This document shows positions 10,018 through 19,915 of a DNA stretch of 64,000 nt, piece after piece. The first letter of the stretch is position 1; each line of letters begins with the position of its first letter. The notes below the pieces were generated by a model that had not been told where the DNA came from, made no database searches, and saw only the letters and a program-made list of their open reading frames with translations. The position numbers and the translations under genes were made by a program. This DNA is from an uncultured Verrucomicrobiota bacterium. Lineage in GTDB: Bacteria > Verrucomicrobiota > Verrucomicrobiia > Limisphaerales > UBA9464. The stretch spans positions 97,542 to 161,541 of the forward strand of contig CAIJLV010000183.1 in assembly GCA_903821635.1 (NCBI GenBank), read 5' to 3'.

Positions 10018-10311
10018 TCAATTCTTGGTGAGCCACCGGAACCCCACCAGCAGTAGTGCGCTGAGCAGGATGAACAGGGCCGTCGGAGTTTTGAGCGGCC
10101 AAGTGAGCGCCACAATCCGCACGCACCGGTCACACCACGCGCCGGTGTAGGGAATGGGTCCCGGGAAATGCTGCGTGTGGCCGGGTTTGCCGCACCGCTC
10201 GCAGCGCCCGCAGTAGCCCGGGGGGAGCTCACGGTGGGGATTCGTTTCGGTCGCCTGCGTGGCGCAATAGCAATTCCGGACGCGCTTTGAGGGGACGCAG
10301 GAGGGTTTCAT
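10018..10311 (-). CDS. Small Cys-rich protein with C-terminal TM anchor (hypothetical)
   Basis: 97 aa with CYC, CGRCERCG and CDRC motifs plus the hydrophobic tail TALFILLSALLLVGF. No family recognised. Confidence 0.45.
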   Translation of the reverse strand: MKPSCVPSKRVRNCYCATQATETNPHRELPPGYCGRCERCGKPGHTQHFPGPIPYTGAWCDRCVRIVALTWPLKTPTALFILLSALLLVGFRWLTKN

Positions 10312-10353
10312 CGGCGGTCGGTCGGCGGGGGCTCAACGGCGAAGCGCTCGCCG

Positions 10354-10734
10354 CTAGCGGTTGAGCTGCCAGCCTTCGTCGGTCGGGTGAAACTGCAAGG
10401 TGAGGTTCACCGTCCGCCGGTCTCCCTTTTTGACGTTGGCCTGACCGCCGGGGGGTGTTTTTAGGACGAGCACCGAGGTCTCCAGTGGCCAATGACAGGC
10501 CTCCAAGAACTCCAGTTCGGCTTGGACCTCGACCAAGCGGACTCCGCCCAAGTCTTGCTCGGCATGACTGGTCTTGTGAAAAGCCACCAACTTGAGGCAG
10601 CCCTGCGACTGCGCCTGAATTTGCTGTTCGAGCGCCGCGCGTGCCGCCGCTTCCGAAACCGGGGGCGAACCGCTTGAACAAGCCGACAAACAAGCCGCCA
10701 GAAAAAGCGGGCTCAAAAGGTGAAGTGATTTCAC
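10354..10734 (-). CDS. Small lipoprotein (hypothetical)
   Basis: GTG at 10734 gives VKSLHLLSPLFLAACLSAC|SSG, which carries a lipobox. The upstream part of the ORF-track ORF is Pro/Arg-rich and unlikely to be coding. Confidence 0.55.
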   Translation of the reverse strand: MKSLHLLSPLFLAACLSACSSGSPPVSEAAARAALEQQIQAQSQGCLKLVAFHKTSHAEQDLGGVRLVEVQAELEFLEACHWPLETSVLVLKTPPGGQANVKKGDRRTVNLTLQFHPTDEGWQLNR

Positions 10735-10842
10735 GTGGGTTGGGTGGGCTGGGGTAAACGGTCGCCCGGTAGGTGGCAAGTCTGCGACGGAAGGTCGAAC
10801 TGTCAAGCGGAGCGGCGGTTGGCTTCCTCGCTGGCTTCGGCG

Positions 10843-11070
10843 TCATGGTTCGAGCGCGGCCGGCCGCGTCTCGAAAAACTCCACGTGAGTGCAGTCTGCG
10901 CAAACCAAGGTGTGCAGCCCGAGTAACCCCTGATAGGCGCCTAGCTTGAAGTGGTCATGGCCGCACAGCGGGCACGCGAACACTCGGTCGTGAACTCCGT
11001 AACGCTGTGGCTTCATCGCTTGTTTGGCCGCGTTGATGGCTCGGCTGAGTGGGCTGGTGGCGGTGGGCAT
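10843..11070 (-). CDS. Small zinc-ribbon protein (hypothetical)
   Basis: 75 aa with CPLC...CADC (4-Cys ribbon). Confidence 0.5.
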   Translation of the reverse strand: MPTATSPLSRAINAAKQAMKPQRYGVHDRVFACPLCGHDHFKLGAYQGLLGLHTLVCADCTHVEFFETRPAALEP

Positions 11071-11090
11071 GGTCGGCGGCGGGCGCGGTT

Positions 11091-11918
11091 TCAGTAGTAA
11101 TACCGGGTGTCAGCGGAGGGACCGCCCATCGCGCGGGGCCGCAGTTTCGCCTTGGTGCGGATGAGGACGCTTCCATCCGCCTGCCCCACGGGTTGATCGG
11201 GCGCCACGGACCAAGAGAGCAGGGGCTTGCTCGTCGCCCCGGCGTCGAATTTCCCCAAGTGGCCGACATCCCACAGTTTGGTTCCCGGCGAATCGCTGAT
11301 GCGGTGGGTAATGAAGGCCCGGCGGGAATCGCACTCGTCCGACCGTGTCGGCCAAGCGGGTTCGTTGGCTTCGGCATTCGCATTCACCTTACCCGTGTCG
11401 TCGAGGAACTTCATGCCCGCGCCGGCCTTGAAGTTCGCGAACCACATGTAGGGCGTGTAGACGTTGGCGGCCGTGGTGTCCCAGCCGCCATAGTCGCGGG
11501 TGCTCTTGTCCGCAAAATTGGTCATGCTCGCGTAGTTCAGCCACAGCCGGCCAAACGACTTAGCCGTGATCGGGCAGATGAGGATGTGGGTGTTCGGCAC
11601 GTAACGGCCGCGGAGCAGGTCCACGATACTGTCTTTGGCGCCGTTCAACCGGTGGTAATCGGGGCTGCCATCTTCGTGCCGGGGAAAGCGGCCCTTGAAA
11701 TCGTCCGCGTAGAGGATCTGCGAAAGATACTGCTGGCGGATGTTGTTCACGCACGGGGTCCGCATCCCGGCGTAGCGCGCACGGGCCAAGGCCGGAAGTA
11801 GCATCCCTGCCAAGATCGCGATGATGGCGATGACCACGAGCAACTCGATCAGCGTGAATCCGCGACCAAGAGCCGGGGGCCGTTTGATCCACCCGGTGGG
11901 ACAGAGGGAAATCGTCAT
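11091..11918 (-). CDS. Prepilin-type N-terminal cleavage/methylation domain protein (DUF1559-like)
   Basis: [25 protein letters not shown] is the canonical type IV pilin-like leader and helix. ATG at 11918 verified. Confidence 0.85.
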   Translation of the reverse strand: MTISLCPTGWIKRPPALGRGFTLIELLVVIAIIAILAGMLLPALARARYAGMRTPCVNNIRQQYLSQILYADDFKGRFPRHEDGSPDYHRLNGAKDSIVDLLRGRYVPNTHILICPITAKSFGRLWLNYASMTNFADKSTRDYGGWDTTAANVYTPYMWFANFKAGAGMKFLDDTGKVNANAEANEPAWPTRSDECDSRRAFITHRISDSPGTKLWDVGHLGKFDAGATSKPLLSWSVAPDQPVGQADGSVLIRTKAKLRPRAMGGPSADTRYYY

Positions 11919-12038
11919 AACAGGAAGCCTTACTTCAGGAATTAGCAGAAGCGGCAAGCGGCCCACAACGCCCGAATTTGTCCGCCCGGCGTTCGGGGAC
12001 GCCGGGCAGGGAAAGCCGGCCCGACGTCGGCCCCGGCT

Positions 12039-13856
12039 TCACGGTCGGTTACGGGCCTGCCGCCGCTCGATGATCGCCCACGGTTCCAGCGGGGCGTCGG
12101 CCGGATCGACATACCGCTCCAAGTCGCGCACCGCGATCCCCCGGTAGCCGTTGGCTTTCAGCCAAGTGAGGTATTCCACGAACCGTTCCGGCGGGGTGTT
12201 CACCCACGGATGTTCGCGGTCGGGCACGCCGTGAAACTGGAGCACGGCGATCCGGCCGTCCCGCGCCGGGGCGACGGCACGCTTCAAGTTTTCCAAGGTC
12301 CAGTCCGGCCGTGCGTCCCCCGTGGTCGGCAGCAGCAGTGGATGATCTTCCAGCGGTTCGTAGGCAATGCCGCGGCCGGTTTCGTAGGGAAACTCGGGTT
12401 GGGCGCCGCGCCGCGCCCAGCGAAAGCCGAGTTCCCGCAGCAGCGGCAGCGCGCCGGGATGAAGCGCGTTGCCCGGATAGGCAAAACTCACCGGCCGCGG
12501 CACGCCGTGTTCCGCGCAGCGTTCGTTGATGAATTCGATTTCGCGCCGAAACCGGCCCAGCGTGGCCGCACTGACCCCGAGGTGGCTCATCGTGTGGTTG
12601 CCGATTTCGAAGCCGTCCCGGTGCAGTTCGGCGATCTGCCCCCACGTCAGGTAGTCGGTCTTGTTCGTGCGGAAGGAGAAGCCCTCGGTGATGAAGAACG
12701 TGGCGCCAAAGCCGAACTGTTTCAGCAGCGGCCGGACGTGGGCATGATGCGAGGCCACGGAATCATCGAAGGTCAGCACGACCAAGCGGTCGGGAATCGG
12801 TGCGCGCCGCGGCTCCGGGGCGGGCTCTGGGACGTCGAGGTAAGTCGACCGCAACCGGGCGAATTCGCCCCCCAGATCGGCGCCTTCATAAAACCACAAC
12901 CAGCCGCGGGCGGCGCGGGTTTCGCCGGGCGGACAGTCCGCCAACCGGGGATCGGAGTGGATGCACGGCACCGGGGGATTTTGCCACGCGCGGTCGAGGG
13001 CGGACCACGCCGTGATGACCCAGCGGCGACCCGACTCGTCGCCGGCGGCGGCAAAGGGCCCAGCCAACACCCGGTTCGTGGCGCTCGGCGCGGCCAGACC
13101 GGCGGATCGCCCCAAGAGCACGCAGACTTGGGCGCGCAGATTCGTCAGAGCCTGGGGCGTGCCGTTGTGCAGCCACCAACGCAACGCGACGTGATTGGAC
13201 GCGGGCTCTGCGTGGACGCCGAAGCGGATTCCGTTGGGCAACCGGCGCTCCATGGCCAGCGAACCGTCGGCTCGGCGGCACCACTCCAGCGGCGCCAGCG
13301 TGACGCCCTGCTGGGTCCAAACCGTGTCGATGTGCGTGTGCGCGAGGTAAGTCAGGCCGAGGTTTGACCAGATCGCTTCCGGCACATCCACCACCACGTA
13401 GCTCCGGGCGTCCCACGGCGTGAAGACGCTGAGCTTCGTTTCGCGCTGGGGATCCATCGCGCCATCGAAAAAGCCCAGCCGCGGGTGCCGGCCGCCGGGA
13501 TACGGCAGCACCTTCAACGGTTGCCCGACAGCGCGCTCCGCCCCAACAGGCCGCAAATCCAGCGGGCCTAGAGCCGCCGCCAAATCCGATTCCGCGAGCC
13601 CGGTGGCGGCCTGCACCTCGGCCGCGCTGAAGCCGTGGTGGATGACCATATTTTCCAGCCAGAAGCGCCGGTCCAAGGCACCCTCCAGCGGGCGGATTTC
13701 CGCGGTGGCGAGGAAGGCCAGCCCACCCCAGCACACGCCGGCAAGAAGTCTCAAAGGGAACACGGCGGGCTTTTTCGCCGGCCGGCGGTGAACCGACAAC
13801 CCTGATCTCGCGCCTCGGGCCGTCGGGGGCTTTGACTTCGCCCGGCCGGTCGCCAA
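12039..13856 (-). CDS. Polysaccharide deacetylase (NodB/CE4) family protein with large N-terminal domain
   Basis: The C-terminal half has LVVLTFDDSVASHHAHVRPLLKQFGFGATFFITEG...GNHTMSH (NodB motifs). The start is uncertain: the ORF-track start lies only 10 bp from the divergent gene. Confidence 0.8.
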   Translation of the reverse strand: MATGRAKSKPPTARGARSGLSVHRRPAKKPAVFPLRLLAGVCWGGLAFLATAEIRPLEGALDRRFWLENMVIHHGFSAAEVQAATGLAESDLAAALGPLDLRPVGAERAVGQPLKVLPYPGGRHPRLGFFDGAMDPQRETKLSVFTPWDARSYVVVDVPEAIWSNLGLTYLAHTHIDTVWTQQGVTLAPLEWCRRADGSLAMERRLPNGIRFGVHAEPASNHVALRWWLHNGTPQALTNLRAQVCVLLGRSAGLAAPSATNRVLAGPFAAAGDESGRRWVITAWSALDRAWQNPPVPCIHSDPRLADCPPGETRAARGWLWFYEGADLGGEFARLRSTYLDVPEPAPEPRRAPIPDRLVVLTFDDSVASHHAHVRPLLKQFGFGATFFITEGFSFRTNKTDYLTWGQIAELHRDGFEIGNHTMSHLGVSAATLGRFRREIEFINERCAEHGVPRPVSFAYPGNALHPGALPLLRELGFRWARRGAQPEFPYETGRGIAYEPLEDHPLLLPTTGDARPDWTLENLKRAVAPARDGRIAVLQFHGVPDREHPWVNTPPERFVEYLTWLKANGYRGIAVRDLERYVDPADAPLEPWAIIERRQARNRP

Positions 13857-13869
13857 GCCTGCCGGCGTG

Positions 13870-15516
13870 ATGCGGTGCCTCAGTTACCTTTTCGTCGGCG
13901 TTCTGGCTGGGCTGCTCGGGCAGGCCAACCCCGCGCTGGATCCCGCCCTCGGGCCGGCCGGATCCGCCCGCCTCCGCTTCGAAGTCGGCGCTCGCCCCGG
14001 CCTCTTGGCCGGCCCGGCCGACGGCCGCTTGATCCTCGTGCTTGGCCGAACCAATGCCCCGGAACCTCGCACCCGCATCGGCGACATCGCCCTCACCGCA
14101 GAACCGGTCCTCGGCACCGACGTCACCGGCTTCGACGGCCGCCGCCCCGCCCGGCTGGACGCCACCTCCGCCCTCTTTCCCCTGCGCCACCTCCGCGACT
14201 TGCCCGCCGGCGATTACTGGGTGCAGGCCGTGCTCGCCACCAACCGCGATTTCACCCTCCTCGCCGCCCCGGGCAATCTCTTCAGCGCCCCCCAACGCGT
14301 CCGGCTTGATCCCACGCAACGGCCGCCCATCCGGGTAAACCTCGACCAGCGCGAGCCGGACGAAGTGGTGCCGGCCGACACCGAATCCGTGAAGTTCCTG
14401 AAACTCCGCTCGGAAAAACTCAGCCAGTTTTGGGGCCGCCCCATGTTCCTCCGCGCCGGGATCGTGCTGCCCCGCGGTTGGGCCGATGAACCCACGCGGC
14501 GATATCCGCTCGTCATTCGGATCGGCGGTTTTGGCACCCGCTACACCACGGTGCAGAACGACCTGCGCGCGGGCGGCGAATTGCACGCCGCGTGGTCCGC
14601 CGCCGATTCCCCGCGCTTCGTCTTGCTCCAACTCGACGGCGCCGGCCCGCTCGGTGATCCCTACCAGATTGACTCCGCCAACCACGGCCCTTGGGGCAGC
14701 GCCCTGTTGGAGGAGCTCCTCCCCTACGTCGAAGCCACCTGGCGCTGCGTGGGCCAGCCGCATGCCCGCTTCACCACCGGCGGCTCCACCGGCGGCTGGG
14801 TCGCCCTCGCGTTGCAAGTGCTCTACCCCGACCACTTCGGCGGTTGCTGGAGCGGTTACCCCGATCCGCCCGACTTTCGCGCCCTACAACTCGTAAACCT
14901 CTACGCCGACCCCAACGCCTACGTGAACGCCGCCGGTTTCGACCGCGCCAGCGCCCGCGAAATCAACGGCGAAACCAAATTCACCATCCGCCTCGAAATT
15001 CAGCTCGAAAACGTCCTTGGCCGGCACGACAGCTTTACCTACTCCGGCGGCCAATGGGGCTCTTGGAATGCGACCTACAGCCCGCGCGATGCCGCCGGCC
15101 GGCCGGCCCACATCTGGGACCCGCGCACCGGCCAGATCGATCCCGCCGTGGCCGCCGCTTGGCGGCGCTACGATCTCCGCGACCACCTCGCCCAACGTTG
15201 GGCGGAAGTCGGCCCGAAACTGCGTGGGAAGATCCACCTGTGGATGGGTGACGCCGACACCTACTTCCTCGACACGGCGGCCCGGCATTTGGACGATTTT
15301 TTGAAGGCGGCACAGCCCCCGGCCGACGCCCGGCTCGAATTTGGTCCCCGGCAGCCGCACGGCTGGGAGCCGCGCCCGTGGGGCGAGTTGCTCCGAGAGA
15401 TGCAGGCCGAGGTAGACCGCCGGGCGCCGCGCTCCGCCGCCGCCAACCACGACTACCTCCGCGCCCGCTTTGGCCACGGTGCCGCCACCTGTCCCGTGTG
15501 CCGCGGCGGCCGCTGA
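13870..15516 (+). CDS. Secreted alpha/beta-hydrolase (putative esterase, enterochelin-esterase-like)
   Basis: Signal peptide MRCLSYLFVGVLAGLLGQA. Nucleophile elbow G-x-S-x-G in TTGGSTGGWVALALQVLYPDHF. Confidence 0.65.
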   Translation: MRCLSYLFVGVLAGLLGQANPALDPALGPAGSARLRFEVGARPGLLAGPADGRLILVLGRTNAPEPRTRIGDIALTAEPVLGTDVTGFDGRRPARLDATSALFPLRHLRDLPAGDYWVQAVLATNRDFTLLAAPGNLFSAPQRVRLDPTQRPPIRVNLDQREPDEVVPADTESVKFLKLRSEKLSQFWGRPMFLRAGIVLPRGWADEPTRRYPLVIRIGGFGTRYTTVQNDLRAGGELHAAWSAADSPRFVLLQLDGAGPLGDPYQIDSANHGPWGSALLEELLPYVEATWRCVGQPHARFTTGGSTGGWVALALQVLYPDHFGGCWSGYPDPPDFRALQLVNLYADPNAYVNAAGFDRASAREINGETKFTIRLEIQLENVLGRHDSFTYSGGQWGSWNATYSPRDAAGRPAHIWDPRTGQIDPAVAAAWRRYDLRDHLAQRWAEVGPKLRGKIHLWMGDADTYFLDTAARHLDDFLKAAQPPADARLEFGPRQPHGWEPRPWGELLREMQAEVDRRAPRSAAANHDYLRARFGHGAATCPVCRGGR

Positions 15517-15648
15517 GACAAGGCCGCTAAGAGCGGCGGACAGAATTGGCTTCGGGTGGGTGCGGGCGGGCGCCAACGGTGAACAAATTCGGTGGAGCTT
15601 CGCCCGGCTGGGGGCGAGAGTCTGCCCGCGGCGTTCACGACCCAGTTT

Positions 15649-17430
15649 ATGGCCCATCCCCTTACTCCCTTTGGTCTTCAATCCGTCTCCCATCCCGGTG
15701 TGCGCCGTTGGGTGGAGGAAGTCGCCGCGCTGACCCAGCCTGACCGCATCTTTTGGTGTGACGGCTCGGAGGCGGAACGGGTGGCGCTCTACGCGGCCGC
15801 CGTGGCGGAGGGCACCTTGAGGCCGCTGAATCAGGAGCGGTTGCCGGGGTGTTATTACCATCGCTCGAATCCGAACGACGTAGCGCGGGTGGAGCAGTGC
15901 ACGTTTATCTGCACGCCGACGGAGGAGGAGGCGGGGCCGACGAACAATTGGGCGGAGCCGGCGGCGATGCGGTCCAAGTTGCTGGCTTTGGCACGCGGTT
16001 CCATGCAAGGGCGGACGTTGTTTGTGGTGCCTTACTTGATGGGGCCGCCGGGTTCGCCGCTCATGCACATGGGGGTGGAGTTGACCGATTCGATCTACGT
16101 GGTGCTGAACATGCGGATCATGACGCGCATGGGGGCGGGGGCGTGGGCGGAGTTGGGTGAGTCCACACGCTTTAACCGGGGCTTGCACTGCTTGCTGGAT
16201 TGTCATCCAGACCGGCGGTTCATCGCCCATTTCCCGCAGGATGACGAAATCATCTCGGTGGGGTCGGGCTACGGAGGGAACGTGTTGTTGGGGAAGAAGT
16301 GTCTGGCGCTGCGGTTAGGCTCGTGGATGGGGCGCAACGAGGGGTGGATGGCGGAGCATATGTTGATCCTGGGGGTGGAGTCGCCGACGGGGGAACGGAC
16401 GTTTGTGGCGGCGGCGTTTCCGAGCGCGTGTGGGAAGACGAATTTCGCGATGATGGTGCCGCCGGACCGTTTCCGGGACTGGAAGATCTGGACGGTGGGT
16501 GACGACATCGCGTGGATGAAGCCGGGGGCCGACGGGCGGCTCTACGCGATCAATCCCGAGGCGGGCTATTTTGGGGTGGCGCCGGGGACGAACGCGAAGA
16601 CGAATCCGAACGCGATGGCGACGATCAGCCGCGACACGATCTTTACGAACGTGGCGTTGAAGCCCGACGGGACGGTGTGGTGGGAGGGGCATGATGATCC
16701 GCCGCCGGCGGAGTGTCTCGACTGGCGGGGGCAGCCGTGGACGCCGGCTTCGCCGGAGCGGGCGGCGCATGCCAATTCGCGGTTTACGGCGCCGATGGCG
16801 AACAATCCGGCGCTCGCGGCGGAAGTGCACGGGGCGCAGGGGGTGCCGATCGACGCGATCATTTTTGGCGGGCGGCGGGCTTCGACGGTGCCGTTGGTCT
16901 TCCAAGCGTTTAACTGGAGCCACGGGGTGTTTCTCGGGGCGACGATGGGCAGCGAGACGACGGCAGCCGCGGCTGGGGCGGTAGGCCAGGTGCGGCGCGA
17001 TCCGATGGCGATGCTGCCCTTTTGCGGATACAACATGGGGCGCTATTTCCGGCACTGGCTGGATATGCGGAAGCGGATGAAGTTTCCGCCGCGGGTGTTC
17101 CACGTGAACTGGTTTCGGAAGGGGGCGGACGGCCGGTTTCTCTGGCCCGGTTTCGGGGAGAATATGCGGGTGCTCAAGTGGATCACCGACCGGTGCCGGG
17201 GCCGGGCGGGTGGGCAGGAGACGGCGCTGGGTTGGGTGCCGTGTTTCGAGGATTTTGACACGGCGGGGTTGGATGGGTTTACCCGGGCGCAGTTTGACGA
17301 ATTGCAGGCGATGAACGCCGACGAATGGCGCCGCGAGATCCTCCAGCAGGACGAACTATTCATGAGGCTCTACCAGTTCCTGCCCAAGGAGATGATCTTC
17401 CAGCGCGAGTTGCTGGTGGCGCGGCTGTAA
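15649..17430 (+). CDS. pckG: Phosphoenolpyruvate carboxykinase (GTP)
   Basis: Kinase-1a motif FPSACGKTN, plus WMAEHMLILG and GDDIAWM blocks. ATG at 15649 verified. Confidence 0.95.
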   Translation: MAHPLTPFGLQSVSHPGVRRWVEEVAALTQPDRIFWCDGSEAERVALYAAAVAEGTLRPLNQERLPGCYYHRSNPNDVARVEQCTFICTPTEEEAGPTNNWAEPAAMRSKLLALARGSMQGRTLFVVPYLMGPPGSPLMHMGVELTDSIYVVLNMRIMTRMGAGAWAELGESTRFNRGLHCLLDCHPDRRFIAHFPQDDEIISVGSGYGGNVLLGKKCLALRLGSWMGRNEGWMAEHMLILGVESPTGERTFVAAAFPSACGKTNFAMMVPPDRFRDWKIWTVGDDIAWMKPGADGRLYAINPEAGYFGVAPGTNAKTNPNAMATISRDTIFTNVALKPDGTVWWEGHDDPPPAECLDWRGQPWTPASPERAAHANSRFTAPMANNPALAAEVHGAQGVPIDAIIFGGRRASTVPLVFQAFNWSHGVFLGATMGSETTAAAAGAVGQVRRDPMAMLPFCGYNMGRYFRHWLDMRKRMKFPPRVFHVNWFRKGADGRFLWPGFGENMRVLKWITDRCRGRAGGQETALGWVPCFEDFDTAGLDGFTRAQFDELQAMNADEWRREILQQDELFMRLYQFLPKEMIFQRELLVARL

Positions 17431-17582
17431 GCCGGTGGCAAACCCAGCCCGAGGTGGGGCGAGCGACGCCCGCGCCGGGCCACCGAAACAACGGTCTTTT
17501 GACAAAGCCGAGGTCCGTGACCACCGTGGCGCCACTTCCGGCGCCGGGCCGGATTCTCCGCCTCTCTTTCTCTGCCCTTGGA

Positions 17583-18176
17583 ATGAAAACGTCGAAGCTC
17601 CCCAGCCGCCGTCACGAAGCCGCGAATGTCGGCGTCATCATCCTCATCGTGCTCGCGCTCGGGTTGTGCGGGCTCGCGGCCTACCAGTGGACGCGGGAGA
17701 CGACCTTTCGCCAAGGGATTGAAGCGTTGCGCCAGACCAACGTGGTGTTGATGACGCTGCAGAACGAGGCGGAGAACAAGTCGACCCGCTACCAGCACGA
17801 ACTGGCCAACGTCGAAAAGCTCCGCGCCGAGCTCGTGGCCGAAAACCGGACCAACAAGGCGAAGGTGAGCAAGTTGGAGCTGGAGATTTCCAAACTGGGG
17901 GTCAACTACCTTCAGGCCACCAATCTCATTGCCGTCTTCAGCAATGCGGTTCAGCAGGCCAATCAGAACATCCTGATCCAGAACGAATCGATCAAGAAGC
18001 TGAACGAGGAATACAAGCGGTTGGCGGACGAACGGAACGACGTGATCAAAAAGTTCAACGCGCTGGCGACGGATTCGCAAAAAACCGTCGAAGAATACAA
18101 CAAACTGGCGAAGCAGTTTGAGGACTTCCAAAAGCAGGTGGAAGAGCAGCTCGGCGGCAAGAAGGACAAAAAGTAA
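17583..18176 (+). CDS. Membrane-anchored coiled-coil protein (hypothetical)
   Basis: N-terminal TM VGVIILIVLALGLCGLAAY followed by about 160 aa of K/E/N/Q-rich heptad-like sequence. AT-richer than its surroundings because of this composition. Confidence 0.6.
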   Translation: MKTSKLPSRRHEAANVGVIILIVLALGLCGLAAYQWTRETTFRQGIEALRQTNVVLMTLQNEAENKSTRYQHELANVEKLRAELVAENRTNKAKVSKLELEISKLGVNYLQATNLIAVFSNAVQQANQNILIQNESIKKLNEEYKRLADERNDVIKKFNALATDSQKTVEEYNKLAKQFEDFQKQVEEQLGGKKDKK

Positions 18177-18269
18177 CCGCGCCGCAGTTTACCCAGGCGA
18201 CTTTGAAGCGCGTTGCGCCGCAATGCGTCTTGACGGGAGCCGCCGCGTTTTCCGACAAACCCTCATTCC

Positions 18270-19112
18270 ATGATTCGACTGTTTTCCCGCGCCGCCGTCC
18301 TGCTGTTCCTGGGACTCGACCTTGCCCGCCTAGTGGCGGCCGACACCAATGCGGTCTCGGTTTTCGCCGATCGCCGGTTGGAAGACGCCGTGCGCCAGCA
18401 GGTGTTCGCCAAGCGTAACACCAATTCTCCGCTGACCGCGGCCGATGTGGCCAACGTCTCCACCTTCAACGCCAACGGTCGGGGCATTACCAACCTCGCC
18501 GGCCTCGAACACTGCAAAGCCCTCGCTGCGGCCGACCTCGCGGGGAACCAGCTCACCGACCTGACCCCGCTGAAGGGGCTGCGGCAGTTGCAATACCTGA
18601 ACTTGGCCACCAACCAGATTCGCGACTTGGCACCGCTCGCCACCATTCCGGCGCTCCAATACGTCGAATTGTCCTGGAACCGAGTGACCGACCTCGCCCC
18701 ACTGACCGGCCTGACGAACCTCGCGTCCCTTTACCTCGGTCACAATCAGCTCAAGTCCCTCGCTCCCATTACCGGCCTGCCCAAACTGGTGTCCCTCTAC
18801 GCCGAGGACAACCGACTGACCAGTCTCGCCGGTTTAGAACGGTTGCGCACCGTGTCCGGCTTGTCCCTGTCCCGGAATCGCATCGCCGACGTGACGCCGC
18901 TCACGGGGTTGCGGGCGCCCAGCTTCATTTTCTTGGAACAAAACCGCATCAAGGACCTCAGGCCCTTGGCGGCGTGGCTCACCAACGACTTGGCCGGGCC
19001 GAAGAATTTCGCGCCCTTCGCCAACTTCCACCTCCAGGGCAACCGGCTTTCCGCCTCCTCCAAGCGGCTGGTTGCCGAATGGAAAAAGGCGGGCGTCCGC
19101 ATCAATCCCTGA
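18270..19112 (+). CDS. Secreted leucine-rich repeat (internalin-like LRR) protein
   Basis: At least 9 tandem 22-aa LRRs (L..L..L.L..N.I.DL.PL). Confidence 0.85.
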   Translation: MIRLFSRAAVLLFLGLDLARLVAADTNAVSVFADRRLEDAVRQQVFAKRNTNSPLTAADVANVSTFNANGRGITNLAGLEHCKALAAADLAGNQLTDLTPLKGLRQLQYLNLATNQIRDLAPLATIPALQYVELSWNRVTDLAPLTGLTNLASLYLGHNQLKSLAPITGLPKLVSLYAEDNRLTSLAGLERLRTVSGLSLSRNRIADVTPLTGLRAPSFIFLEQNRIKDLRPLAAWLTNDLAGPKNFAPFANFHLQGNRLSASSKRLVAEWKKAGVRINP

Positions 19113-19204
19113 CGTCTCCGGGCTCGGAAGGGGGTGACGTTCGCCCACGGGTCCGGGCTTCCCGCCCAATCAAGGCGCGCTGCTTTACCCCAGAGGAAAC
19201 AATT

Positions 19205-19222
19205 GTTGACCAAACGGTCAAC
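19205..19222. promoter_or_regulatory. Perfect 7-4-7 inverted repeat GTTGACC-AAAC-GGTCAAC; putative TetR operator O1
   Basis: Read directly from the sequence. It lies 26 nt upstream of the tetR start at 19248. Confidence 0.5.
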
Positions 19223-19247
19223 TTTTCTATCATGACCGCCGAACGAT

Positions 19248-19862
19248 ATGGGGCGGGTCAGTGATGCCAAAGCACGGTTGCTGGAAGCGGTCCGAGAGTT
19301 GATCTGGACCGGTTCCTACGGTCGCACCACGATCGACCAGATCTGCGAGAAGGCCGGCGTCAAAAAGGGCAGCTTCTACTACTTCTTCGAATCCAAGGCC
19401 GAGCTCGCCGAAGCCTCCCTCAACTTGGAAGTCGAACAAGCCCGACCGCTCTGGGACGGCATGTTTTCCCCGGCGGTGCCGCCGCTGGAACGGTTGGCGC
19501 GGATGTGCGACCGGATTTGCGAAGAACAGGCGGAAAAAAGGGCTCAATTTGGCAAAGTGCTCGGGTGTCCGCTATTCGCGTTGGGCGCCGAAGTGTGCAC
19601 CCAGGAGACCCGCCTGCGGGAGAAGATTCAGGAGATCTGCGAGCTCTGGCGGAAGTATCTGGAATCCGCCGTGCGGGATGCGGTTGCAGCCGGACTCATT
19701 GCCCCGGTGGACGCGCCGGCCACGGCTCAGGTGTTGTTCGCCTACAGCGAGGGCCTCATGACGCATGCCCGCATTCAGAACAGTCTGGACGGGCTCACCA
19801 CGATGTATGCCGGTTGCCTCCAGATTCTGGGAGTGAAACCCCCGGCGGCACCGACGGTGTGA
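19248..19862 (+). CDS. TetR/AcrR family transcriptional regulator
   Basis: N-terminal HTH: AKARLLEAVRELIWTGSYGRTTIDQICEKAGVKKGSFYYFFESK. Confidence 0.9.
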   Translation: MGRVSDAKARLLEAVRELIWTGSYGRTTIDQICEKAGVKKGSFYYFFESKAELAEASLNLEVEQARPLWDGMFSPAVPPLERLARMCDRICEEQAEKRAQFGKVLGCPLFALGAEVCTQETRLREKIQEICELWRKYLESAVRDAVAAGLIAPVDAPATAQVLFAYSEGLMTHARIQNSLDGLTTMYAGCLQILGVKPPAAPTV

Positions 19863-19878
19863 TTTTTTCGAGCTGATT

Positions 19879-19896
19879 GTTGACTAGATGGATAAC
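19879..19896. promoter_or_regulatory. Imperfect 7-4-7 repeat GTTGACT-AGAT-GGATAAC; putative TetR operator O2
   Basis: Same architecture as O1, 11/14 arm positions identical, preceded by the same ATT. It lies between tetR and the efflux genes. Confidence 0.35.
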
Positions 19897-19915
19897 TACC
19901 CAAGCGGAAAGCGTA

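Noticed and set aside
13856-13870. The divergent start codons of the deacetylase and esterase genes are only about 10 bp apart, considered as an unusual overlapping-promoter arrangement
   Set aside because: This is more likely a start-codon mis-assignment for the deacetylase gene. Its first about 20 codons are Arg/Lys/Ala-rich, and an in-frame TTG at about 13799 is possible.
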